DNA of 63,349 nucleotides, counting the filler, from Diploschistes diacapsis (Eukaryota), in NCBI GenBank assembly GCA_023645945.1. It is 19 parts of 19 records of this genome, joined end to end, with 100 filler letters (N's around TTAATTAATTAA, not from the genome) between each part and the next. Parts side by side here need not be neighbours in the genome. Positions count along the whole stretch, not along the records: positions 48,349 to 50,408 come from JALAIB010002399.1; positions 50,509 to 52,567 come from JALAIB010002400.1; positions 52,668 to 54,726 come from JALAIB010002401.1; positions 54,827 to 56,884 come from JALAIB010002402.1; positions 56,985 to 59,040 come from JALAIB010002403.1; positions 59,141 to 61,195 come from JALAIB010002404.1; 13 more parts are not named here. One strand, 5' to 3'. Numbering within the stretch: the first letter of the stretch is position 1; every line of letters begins with the position of its first letter. The position numbers and the translations under genes are program-made. This document shows positions 49,664-60,845 of the stretch, piece by piece. A model generated the notes under the pieces. That model made no database searches, had not been told where the DNA came from, and was given only the letters and a program-made list of their open reading frames with translations.

Positions 49664-50408
49664 ACGTGTTTCACGGGGATTCCGGCCACCCCCAGATTCC
49701 GGCTACTTCAAATCACTACCGCTAACATTCTACGGTTTTTAGATATAATCTATTCGTCGCAATCAGAATCTAATCGATCTAAATCGAATCTATTTTTCTT
49801 TTCTTTATCCTTCTCGATTTTAAAAACGCGACGACGTATTTTACGCGTTATAAATCGTTTCGAAATTATTCGATTCGATTTAACCCGAATTATTATTTTA
49901 AAACCTTCGTTTATATTAAACATAAAACGATTTTTTTTATTTAATTCGTTTATTTAATTTACGTTTCTTACGATTATTAAAAAGCGTTTTTTGTTTTTAA
50001 TTTTCTTTACGAAACGTTATAAATTCAATATACGTCGATTTAAATATACGGGTTATTTAATTCGAATAACGTCGAATCGAGTTAATTAATTTTAAAACGG
50101 CTCGTAACGTGTAATTAAAGTTTTTATTAATTCTTCGTAGTTCGATCGCATTCAATAAAGAACTATATAATAAAAATCAATCTAAATCGAATTAATTCGA
50201 AGTTAAAAAAAAGTTATTAAATAAAAATAAAAGGGTCCGATAAATCGAAAAAAGCTTCTTAAATACGATTATAAAATTAATAATTATAATTTAGTATTTA
50301 TAAAATTTATTTAAACGTTTTAATTTATAATAACTCGATTTCGAATTATTAAAAACAATTCGATCTATTTCGAACGTATTATATACGATCTATTTAATTG
50401 AATAATAT
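49664..50408 (-). mobile_element. Fot1/pogo-like transposon 3' portion, TIR variant A
   Basis: TA then ACGTGTTTCACGGGGATTCCGGCCACCCCCAGATTCCGGCTAC; body is the reverse complement of 1-450. Confidence 0.88.
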
Positions 50409-50508
50409 NNNNNNNNNNNNNNNNNNNNNNNNNNNNNNNNNNNNNNNNNNNNTTAATTAATTAANNNNNNNNNNNNNNNNNNNNNNNNNNNNNNNNNNNN
50501 NNNNNNNN

Positions 50509-50727
50509 CAATAAACGTTATACGAAAAATCTTATATATCTAAAATACGCGTTTTATATTAAGATGTAAGTTTAATTTAATCGTTTAAAATGTTATTATG
50601 ATTTTATTTTAATTAAAAATGATTCCATAATCGTACGCGTAGAAAATTAATACGAAAGTTCAAAGTTCATAAAATTGGATGAGGGGTATCCGTTCGCTAT
50701 GTGTGTCCGTTCGCTATGCATATACGT
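50509..50727. mobile_element. Fot1/Aft1-like terminus (family of 31405)
   Basis: TATCCGTTCGCTATGTGTGTCCGTTCGCTATGCATATACGT then TA. Confidence 0.75.
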
Positions 50728-50788
50728 TAAATAATCCAAAATATTATTAATAATTTATTCATTCGTTACATTAACCGGATATATCTTA

Positions 50789-51390
50789 TGTAACGCCCGC
50801 AGTGTGCGTACCGGGGTTCAGGTCCCCCTGCTGTCACAGCTACGTACCTACATATAGCGTAATAGGGAAACAGTGCTTTCGGGGTTCCTGAAAGCATTGT
50901 AAGTATTTTTTGGTTTAATAAGATAGCGTTACTTATTAGACATTTTCCCCGCTATACAATTATGCTTTCATTCCCTAGGTCGTTGGTTCGAGCACGAGCG
51001 TGGGTAATGCGTCGAATTTATTGCGCTACGGTTGAGCGTACGAACCTTACGGGGTCGTCGTTATATGAAAGCATGCGGTTAGATTTAGGTGGCTGGGTAA
51101 CCCCGTTTCTGAATTTATAACGTATGTGTTAGAAACGGTTTAGAGTATCTAATATATCCGGGGCGTTATATGAGACGTGATAGGTGGTGGGGGCTAGCAC
51201 TGTGGGGAGGAGAGATAGCTGTAACGCCCGCAGTGTGCGCACCGGGGTTTAGGTCTTTTTGCTGCCACAGCTACGCATCTACATATAATGTAATAGGGAA
51301 ACAGTGCTTTCGGGTTCTTGAAAGCATTGTGGTTAGTCTTTTGGCTCAGGGGGATAGCGCTACCTATTAGGCACTTCCATCGCTGTTACA
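50789..51390 (+). mobile_element. TRIM (terminal-repeat retrotransposon in miniature), 602 bp
   Basis: Direct repeats 50789-50958 and 51220-51390 (TGTAAC...GTTACA) flank a 261-nt non-coding core. PPT GGGGAGGAGAGA precedes the 3' LTR; 5-bp TSD TCTTA/TTTTA. Confidence 0.88.
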
Positions 51391-52567
51391 TTTTAATCTA
51401 ATTAGGTTTAATAGTTCCGATCTTTTCTTAATTTTTAATTAACGGAATTCATATATAATCTCTTTTAAGTAAATTAATATTATTTATATCTCGTTAAAAA
51501 TCCGGAAAATGTTTTATTACGGCTCGTAATTTGAAAATCGCGGCGAGCGAGTTTTTAGAAATAGTAACTTTATTTTCGAGGTTGATGTCGAATAATCTTA
51601 TATTATAGATCGCCGTTTTTAAAAAAGTTACATGCAAATTTCCGGTAAGTGCTGCAAGGTTTACTATAAATACTCGCGAATTCGTCAACAGCGTTAATAT
51701 CGTTATACCAGATCCGGTTTTTTAAATCTTAAGCGGACTTATTTCGAAAGCTAAAACAACTATTAGATCTGGACCCATTATTGAAGGCCTTAAATTTCTT
51801 TTTGAATCAGATCTCACAGACCTAATTAGTAGCCCTTTCTAAAGCTTTTTCACCCAAGCTTTTCTTTTGGGTGACAAAGCTGCAAGATCACCGAGCTTGC
51901 CCCAACTAAGATAGATGTAATAGACATCGTCGGTTTCGTAATCTTATAAAAAGCCTAAGTATAAGTTTTTAAATATAATAATATCTATATTGCTATTATT
52001 TTATATTAATATAACCTCAACCTCGTGGTGCACGATATCGGCGAAAGTTAAAAAGTTCTGTTGCTAAATCGGTTCATAAAAATAATCTTTATCGCCAGAT
52101 AATTTGAATATTTTTCGCTTTAATTCATAAATAATCATATTAATAATCGATGTTGCTGATATTTTTGTGCTTCTTTTATTAAAAATATTTGTAGAAACCC
52201 TATTGTTGTCTATGATAGCGCAGATCTTTATGTTTATTTTATCGTAAGCCTCGATAGTAACAATCCTATTAGAAAAATCTATAATAAAACTTTTAGGTTT
52301 TAAGATATCGACGCCGATAAACATATTCACTCGTAAATCGTCGACGACGTAAAATTCGCGTTAAATAACAATTAAATTTTCTTTCGTTAAGGTCGGTCGA
52401 AACAGCCTTAAAACAACGTATTAATTAACGTTATGCTTTATTTCTTATTTTTAACCGTTATTGGCGAAGGTATCTCGTGGATCTTAATCTTGTTATTTCC
52501 GAAAACCTATAGGAATTTACGGTCAATCAAAAACATTATATATTTAGAATCTACCTAAATCCTATAT
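51391..52567 (-). mobile_element. Ty3/gypsy pol remnant (protease region), RIP-degraded
   Basis: FYVVDDLRVNMFIGVDIL...IIDF resembles a retropepsin C-terminus. Confidence 0.6.
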
Positions 52568-52739
52568 NNNNNNNNNNNNNNNNNNNNNNNNNNNNNNNNN
52601 NNNNNNNNNNNTTAATTAATTAANNNNNNNNNNNNNNNNNNNNNNNNNNNNNNNNNNNNNNNNNNNNAAATTATATATATAAGGATTAATCGCTCTAAGG
52701 TGGTAGGTGAAATTAAAGGTATATTTTTATTAAAACTTG

Positions 52740-54726
52740 CTTAAGTCAAATCTTATAATCGTTATTAGGCCAGAAGCCGAGCCGATTACTAACGTATTAT
52801 CTAAAAAATCATAACATATATTTCGGCGGTTATATAGAAGCCATAAAGCTTGTTTCTCGTTAATCGTTATTTAGTAATAATTGATCGAAACCGGTTTTAA
52901 ATAATTGCTGAAGGAAGTTATAATCGACTTAACGGTGTCCGAATAACCTTACAGCGTCTACTATAACAATCCCATTACCGCATTTTATACCAGCACTGTC
53001 TTATCGTTAGACTTAAACACGATCTTTTGATCGTCGAACGAAAAAACTACGGACCTAATTCAATTTAAATAATTTTATAACGTTTACTATAACGATCCCG
53101 TTATCGTATTTTATATCCGCATTATTTTATCGTCGGATTTAAACACGATCTTTCGGCCGTTAAACGAAAAAATCACGAACGTAATCGAACTCGAATAATC
53201 TTATAACGTTTATTATAATAATCCTATTATCGTATTTTATACCCGCATTATCTTATCGTCGAACTTAGATACGATCTTTTGGCTATCGGGCGAAAAGATT
53301 ATAAACCAAATTTAATTTAAATAACCTTTCAGCGTCTATTATAACGATCCCGTTATTATATCTTATATTTATACTATTTTATCGCCGGACCTAGACACGA
53401 TCTTTAACCGTCGGGCGAAAAGGTTACGGACGTGACCGATCCCGAATAATCTTTCAGCGTCTAATATAACGATATAGTTACCGTATCTTATACCCGCATT
53501 ATCTGATCGTCGGATCCAGATACGATCTTTTGGCCGTCGGGCGAAAAGGCCACGAACCTAATCGATCTCGAATGATCTTATAACGTCTACTATAACGATC
53601 CAGTTATTATATTTTATACCTGTATTGTTTTATTATTAAATCTAGACACGATCTTTTAGCCGTCGAACGAAAAAATTACGGATTTAATCGATCTTAAATA
53701 ATCTTATAACGTTTATTACTGTCAGATTATTAATCTAAATGGGTTAGTCTGTCTGACTAGTTAACATTAGTAGGATCCTGAAGGTTCTCTAACCTTTCAG
53801 GACACGTTACTAACAACTGTTGAACACCTTGTTGGCAACAGTTGAACATCCTACTAACTATAGTCAAACATCCTACTAGTAGTTATGGACTACTAGATAG
53901 GATTGTAGATGGTCTAGATCATTAGATCATTAATCTAAATATTGGATTAATGATCTAATAATACTAAGACCATGGATTCAATATAAAAGGAAATTAGGTC
54001 CATTATTATATTGGATTATGGGGCGAAGTAATGTTGGATTATTGAATCCAACATTATCGGAGATTAAATGTATTATTAATCACTAGGCGTTAGTTAGGTG
54101 AAATGTGTCTATAAAAGACCTCTCACCTCCTACCTTTACTAGCGCTATCTTCATCTTCATTCATTACCTCCTACAATAGTAATACATTACTATTGTATCA
54201 AGCATTTATTCACTAGTCATTTATTGCCTATTTGGGTCACCCCACTTCCACCTTTTGACAATTACAACGATCCCGTTATTGTATTTTATACTCGCATTAT
54301 TTTATTATAGGATTAAACACGATCTTTTAACCGTTGAACGAAAAAATCACGGATATAATCGAATTTAAGTAATCTTATAACGTCTATTATAACGATCCCG
54401 TTATTGTATTTTATACCCGTATTATCTTATCGTTAAACCCAGACACGATCTTTTGGCCGTCGGACGAAAAGGCCACGGACCTGATTTAACCCGAATGACC
54501 TTCCAGCGTTTAAAGGTAAAAACTTTACTTTTTTTTTATAATTGGCTTGAAAGTAATTCATTCCGGCTCGTCGTTCTTAAATGATTGGCGTGTCGCATTA
54601 TCAGCTGAACAGAATACGAAGACTAATATATAAGTTTATGAAAAAAAGACTTTAACGACGTTTTTATTAAGAAAAATAAACCTGCGCATATTTTCTATTA
54701 AAATAAGAAACGGAAAAGGTATAAAC
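52740..54726 (-). pseudogene. RIP-inactivated NACHT-WD40 (HET-E/NWD-like) NLR, WD40 region, interrupted by a solo LTR
   Basis: About 8-9 tandem 126-bp units whose least mutated reading is [34 protein letters not shown]. The upstream linker remnant (MRRFI...EPE.I..KP) and the tail LWL...R...LVIGSASG are typical of NWD proteins. Many TAA/TAG stops. Confidence 0.9.
53720..54260 (+). mobile_element. Solo LTR (541 bp)
   Basis: TGTCA...TGACA termini with a perfect 5-bp TSD, ATTAC (53715-53719, 54261-54265). Confidence 0.93.
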
Positions 54727-54826
54727 NNNNNNNNNNNNNNNNNNNNNNNNNNNNNNNNNNNNNNNNNNNNTTAATTAATTAANNNNNNNNNNNNNNNNNN
54801 NNNNNNNNNNNNNNNNNNNNNNNNNN

Positions 54827-55572
54827 GAGACAGTTCTAATATAGATTACGGGGGAGATAAAACAGACCGAAAGTCTACGTATGGATACATCTTTCAATTA
54901 TATAGTGGCTTAATATTATAAATAAGTAAGAAGCAAAGTTCAGTTTCTATCTCGATAATTAAAACTAAATATATTAGATTATCACATACCGTAAAACAGG
55001 CCGTATAATGCGCACAGTTCTTAAAAAATATTAAATATTTAGAATTTATAGGACCATTTTTATTTATTATTAAATTATTAGGAAATAATATTAATTCTTT
55101 AGATCTAATAAAACACGCGAGGATTAACGATAGATTAAAATATATCGATATTATTTATCATTATGTACGAAATCTAGTCAAACGAGGCCGTATTAATGTT
55201 ATTTATATATTTATAAATAAAATGGTTATCGACGGATTAACGAAATTACTAAATTACGTCAAGCACGACATGTTTATTAAAGGACTTGGACTAGTATAGA
55301 AGGCATCCAGCTGAATTAGGTGAATATGCCGATAATTCCACCCGTGGGGAAGTGTTGAGCAGGCAGGTAGAATATATGGCTGGGAAGTTCAGCTGAACCT
55401 CAGATTCAGGTTCAGTTCAGCTGAACCTACTGGGGTTCCTACTAATCCTAATCGGGAGTAGTGCAAGTCTATAGGGCTTAGTGGATCCTATTGATATAAG
55501 AGCTTGCATGTAGACTCTTCCTTCTAGTTAGATCTCTAGATATCAAGACTTCAATACATGCGTTGCCCAAAA
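54827..55572 (+). mobile_element. Ty1/copia 3' end: RNase H remnant, PPT and 3' LTR (55353-55572)
   Basis: DYGGDKTDRKSTYGYIF...SKKQSSVS...KYIDIIYHYVR...MVIDGLTK; PPT GTGGGGAAG before TGTTGAG. Confidence 0.9.
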
Positions 55573-57194
55573 TATTCTATAAAACTTATGGTTGTATAAG
55601 CTGACAGCGAGGGAATTAATATAAATCACGATTTAATTTAAATTATAATTTTCGAGTCTCCATTTAAATATATTTAGCTGCACGAATTAAGTTTATTAAA
55701 TCAAATGCATTAACGTTAATACCGTTTAATAATTGAATGTCCCGACGCAATTATATATCTAAATAATACTAGGTTATTAATAGTTATAATTTCTCATTTT
55801 AAAAGACGCCGGTATGTTTTGTTAAATACTCAAATTTTATTAAAAACTTTAAAAAATCATCATGAATACCTATGTCGTGAATTTTAAATAGTTAGTAAAG
55901 ATTCAAGGCTCGGTAAAATTCTATCGGAATTTTATTTCAAGCGAATAATTAAACTGTCGTATTAAATCCCAATATCGTTAGCGCGAAATTTGACTTATAT
56001 ACTTTGATTAATATTTCTTCTCTATCATCGGCGCACTGTTTTTACTAAATAAATATCTAGATTCTATACCAGAAATTAGTTAATTATCATTATTGACTTT
56101 ACTCGAAGTTCCTCGGCAAACATATAAAGATCGTGATACACGTTATATTTATCTTTCATTTCGATAATAGAAGTATTCTGATTTAAATGGAAACATTCGA
56201 CCGTGCGAGCGTTAAATTATCGCTTTATCGTAATGATAAACGGATCGTTTCCGGAAAGATTATCTTATAAATCTTATACCTCGACGCTCGTACTTATTAA
56301 ATAAAATATTGATTTCTTCTTAAAAGGTTTTTTCATCTATTATATAAAAGATCGTATAATATCCTCTCTTTAGGTTAGCTTCATGCCCTAAAATTCTCAA
56401 ATCGTATGCATCTTAAATAACTGCTTATTAAACGTAGTTATAATTCCTAACGACATCAAGAACGGAAAAAATAAGGTCTCTTTTAATAGGCTAGAAGATA
56501 TATCACGAGACTATAAATCTAGAAAAACCCTCCGTCAATAAAATCTAAAGATTGAAATCGAACACGTTAATAATATACCCATCTGGATTTATTCGATAAA
56601 GCATAATCAGGAAATAAGGCAAATATCTATATCAAATATTCTCTAATGAATGTATTAATTTCGATATAAATAAAAGTTTTTCCTAGCACCCAATTTAAGA
56701 AAAATAATATTAGTCGATACTCTTTTTTTCATTAATCTGGGCTGGGTGTTCCTGTTAATAACCTTTCCTTATATTAGAACGTTTCCTTTCGAACTTTTAC
56801 TATTTCTTAACTACTAATAGCGGATATTCGTAATCGCGGATACTTTATCAAAAAATGAATAAATAATTTATCAAATTCGAGAACNNNNNNNNNNNNNNNN
56901 NNNNNNNNNNNNNNNNNNNNNNNNNNNNTTAATTAATTAANNNNNNNNNNNNNNNNNNNNNNNNNNNNNNNNNNNNNNNNNNNNTAAACTTCTTAACGTT
57001 CTTATTAATCGAATGTTAATAAGGTTTAACAATATTCTTATTTATTTTAATAACGAACAAAATTATATTATATATTTGAGATTGGTTATAAAACGCTTAT
57101 GTAAGCTCGACTTATACTTAAAATAAATATATACTTTCTTTATTAAAGCATTAGAGTTTTTAGAATATAATTTTAAGTAAGTAGATAATTTTTA

Positions 57195-57487
57195 GCGTTC
57201 TTTAGATTTTAACTACTTAATCAAATTGCATGAGCAGAAGTGTGGGAATGCAATCCCCACTCAAAAAAAGCAGGGCTTTGAGGTTCAACCCCTAATAACT
57301 TATTTAGTTTTTTAATCTTCAACTATGGAGCAGGGGTTTAGAATGGAATCCCCAAAATAAAAAAATGGTAGGGGTTTAGGCGTACAATCCTTAAAAACCT
57401 ACCCAGTTTTTTAAGCCTAGGATTTTTACTTAAACTTATTGCTTCGCTTAGGAACTCAGAAGTTACTCGCCGATACATAATATTAAA
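57195..57487 (-). mobile_element. Hairpin-rich non-coding repeat, second copy; inner boundary approximate
   Basis: Reverse-complement match to 30655-30805, with four degenerate GGGG-TTGCA-CCCC units. Confidence 0.55.
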
Positions 57488-57703
57488 CGTGGAACATCCT
57501 GAACGTTTGTGGGTTCAAGGGTTGAACCCCGTAGGGCAGTAGGGCTGGCACCCAGACTATTTATTTGTGCCCTACTCCCACCTAGATGGTTCCTTCCTTA
57601 CCTTTTCGAATCTGAACCATTCAGCCTACAGATTGCAGCTACACGTGATCCTTCCAGATTAGGCTCAGCCCCTGGTTGTGTAGTATTCCTGTAGGGGCGT
57701 TCT
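57488..57703 (+). mobile_element. Partial LTR related to the 40938-41305 family
   Basis: Shared blocks TGCCCT.CTCCCACCTAGAT, CTTTTCGAATC, AGCTACAC, ATCCTTCC, CAGCCCC. Confidence 0.6.
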
Positions 57704-57848
57704 AAAACGTTATATTTCGAAATACTTTTAAAAATTCCGTTATTTTTATCTAAACGATACGTTAATATATTTATTAAATCTATCGACCATATTACGAAAT
57801 TTAAATAAATATTAAGCCGACTCGATCAATACGAATTTTTTTGGAATA

Positions 57849-59040
57849 ACGTGTTTGATAGGGAAGTGGGTTACCACTAGAAGTAGGCCACTTTTGCCAA
57901 AAAATATTTTAAATCTTTAATAATTCTTCGAAATTAGCCATTTATTTTTATTTTTTTTCTAATACTATTATTCGATCATTTTTTTATTATATTTAAAAAG
58001 TGTACATTGATTATGTCAGCCGTTAATTTTTTTAAACGAATTAAAAATAACGATTCGAAAAAACGCATTTCTCAAGTCATTAAAATCTGCGATAACGTAG
58101 TAAAAGGGTTTTTTTTAATATATTATTACAACCGGTTTTAGGCGCAGATTTTAATAAATGTATTAACAAAACTCTTTTTCGACGTTATACTGTCGTTCTG
58201 TGGCCTTTTTCATTATGATTGAGTCATTTTAAATTAAGCGAATACTGGCCGTCGTCTACCCAAATCATTTAAAACTTGTCAGATTTTAAAGAATAAAGCC
58301 ACACAACGATAGTATAACGTCGCAAAAGCGTTTTTTATTAACGTGTTTGACGGTTATCTCGGCCACCCCCATCTTGGCCACTTTTGCCAAGAAATATTTA
58401 AATCATTAATAACTCGTCGAATTGAATCGTTATTTTTGGTTTTTTTCGAAATATTATTATTAACTCAGTCATCTATCATACCCGAAAAGTGCATATTGAT
58501 TATATCAGTAGTTATTATGTTAAAGCGAATTGAAAATAACGACTCGAAAACCCGTATTATTTTATCTTTCAAAATCGGTCGTAACGTAGCGAAAAATATG
58601 TTTTTTAAATATATCATTATAAGCGGTTTTTTGCGTAGACTTCAATAAAAATATAAATAAACGTTTTTTCGACGTTATATAGTCTTATTGTGGTCTTATT
58701 CTTTAAAATCATTAGATTTAAAGAATTTTGGTAAACGACGGCTAGTTTTCGTTTAGTCTAAAATGACTGAAAAATGATGGAAAACGTTACACAACCGCTG
58801 TATAACGTCGAAAAAACGTTTTTTTTATGTTTTTATTGAAGTCTACGCATGAAACCGCTTATAATGATATAACGTGTTTGACGGGGATTCCGGCCACCCC
58901 CAGATTCCGGCCACTTTTGCCAAGAAATAGTTTAAATCTTCAATAATTCTTTGAAATTAATCGTTATTTTAATTTTTTTTTAGAATATTACTTTTTAATA
59001 AGTTATCTATCATATGTAAAAAGTGTACATTGATTACGAC
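57849..59040. mobile_element. Three nested foldback MITEs of the Fot1-like family (starts 57849, 58341, 58872)
   Basis: Each starts TA|ACGTGTTTGA and shares an arm beginning CACTTTTGCCAA. About 58612-58690 is the reverse complement of about 58790-58870. Confidence 0.85.
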
Positions 59041-59140
59041 NNNNNNNNNNNNNNNNNNNNNNNNNNNNNNNNNNNNNNNNNNNNTTAATTAATTAANNNN
59101 NNNNNNNNNNNNNNNNNNNNNNNNNNNNNNNNNNNNNNNN

Positions 59141-59505
59141 TTAAAGAACAACGCCACACAACGACAGTATGACGTCGAAAAAGCGTTTTCTACTATATTT
59201 AACTAAATCTACGCATAAAATCGCTCGTAATTATATATTTAATAATATTTTTATTCCGTTATCGCATATTTTAATGAATTGAAAAATCCGCTTTTTCGAG
59301 TCGTTATTTTTAATTCGCTTAAAAAAATTAACGGCTGACATAATACATGTGCACTTTTTAAATATAATAAAAAAAATGATTGAAAAATAGTATTTCGAAA
59401 AAAACAAAAATAACGGCTAATTTCGAAGAATTATTAAACATTTAAAAGATTTCTTGGCAAAAGTGGCCCACTTCTGGAGGTAACCCACTTCCCCGTTAAA
59501 CACGT
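59141..59505. mobile_element. Right arm of the foldback MITE, TIR variant B
   Basis: Inverted copy of the 57849 arm, ending TTGGCAAAAGTGGCCCACTT...AAACACGT then TA. Confidence 0.85.
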
Positions 59506-59569
59506 TATTATTAATTTATTCGATAATAATATTAATTCCTTAAATCTAATAAAACACGTAAGGATCAAC

Positions 59570-60845
59570 TAGGCTGGCCGTCACTGACACTGACACGGAC
59601 ACTGACAGTGTCAGTGTCCGTGTTTTAGATTTTTTAGCTGCGGTGTCCGTGTCCGTGGATTCACGGAAATGCAATGTCCGTGTCAGTATCAGTGTTTTAA
59701 AATTTTTAATTATAATGTCCGTGTCCGTATTTTTATTATAGTGTAATATCCGTGTCAGTGTCCGTACTAAAAAAACTTTTATTACGATATCCGTATCCGT
59801 GCTTTTATTATAGTGTAGTATCCGTGTTAATGTCCGTGTCGAGAAAATTTTTACTACGATGTCCGTGTCCGTGTTTTTATTGTAGTATAGTATTCGTATT
59901 AATGTCCGTATCGAGAAAATTTTAATTACGGTATCCGTATCCGTGTTTTTATTATAATATAATATCCGTGTTAATATCCGTACCGAGAAAATTTTAACTA
60001 CGATATCCGTATTTATGCTTTTATTATAATATAATATCCATATTAATATTCGTATCGAGAAAATTTTAATTACGATATCCGTATCCGTGCTTTTATTATA
60101 ATATAATATCCGTATTAATATCCGTGCCGAGAAAATTTTAGTTGCGGTATCCGTGTCCGTGTTTTTATTATAATGTAGTGTTCGTATTAATGTCCGTACC
60201 GAGAAAATTTTAACTACGATATCCGTATCCGTGTTTTTATTATAATGTAGTGTCCGTGTCAGTGTCCGTGTTAAAAAATATTTGGTTGCGGTGTCCGTGT
60301 CCGTGAATGTATTGTTACGATCCAAGTAACTAGGTGGTAGTTCACTTGGCACTTCACAGCTGATCGGGCCTAACCCAACCATTCCTTGTATATAGTTCAA
60401 TTATGGTGACACTAATTACGTGATAAGTAAAAAACCTTAAAGGCTATTTTATCCTCTATAAATAGAACGGGAGAACGGTAATTCTATTTCTTTTCCTTCC
60501 ATACTCCTCTTCTACCAGAGACCAAACCCACCTTAATCAATACCTCGTGTCTACGTTGTAGAGATAGAGATCATAACAATATTTCTTAACACGGATATTA
60601 ACACGGATACTATATTATAATAAAAACACGGACACGGATATCGTAGCTAAAATTTTCTCGGCACGGATATTAACACTGATACTATATTATAATAAAAGCT
60701 CGGACACGGACATTATAACTAAAAAATCTAAAACACTGACACTAACACGGACACTGCACTGCAGTAAATCCACTGACACGGACACTACGGCTAAAAATTT
60801 TAAAACACGGATACTGCCACGGCCGTGTCCGTGACGGCCAGCCTA
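59570..60845. mobile_element. Two facing hAT termini with 72-bp subterminal tandem repeats, joined by an LTR
   Basis: TAGGCTGGCCGTCAC at 59570 and GTGACGGCCAGCCTA ending at 60845; the 24-codon periodicity is visible in the spurious 284-aa ORF. Confidence 0.85.
60313..60578 (+). mobile_element. Solo LTR (266 bp)
   Basis: TGTTACGATC...GATCATAACA inverted termini and an internal TATAAATA; ends are related to 44900-45355. Confidence 0.8.

Noticed and set aside
50789..50958. Possible hammerhead ribozyme (retrozyme) in the TRIM LTR hairpin
   Set aside because: No CTGA(T/C)GA core with correctly placed GAAA and stems is visible.
50975..51006. tRNA T-arm/B-box-like GGTTCGAGC in the TRIM core
   Set aside because: No A box or cloverleaf; too short to support a tRNA or SINE origin.
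52920..54510. Regular repeat array resembling a CRISPR or satellite
   Set aside because: Whole 126-bp units are homologous, with no unique spacers, and they decode as WD40 repeats.
55573..56884. Degraded coding-like sequence (also 48714-49661 and 34400-34950)
   Set aside because: Too mutated to assign by eye; it would need a de-RIPed tblastn/HMM search.
59546..60400. 284-aa ORF with 24-aa repeats (TDTD...KIFS)
   Set aside because: Translation of 72-bp hAT subterminal repeats plus part of an LTR; not a credible gene.
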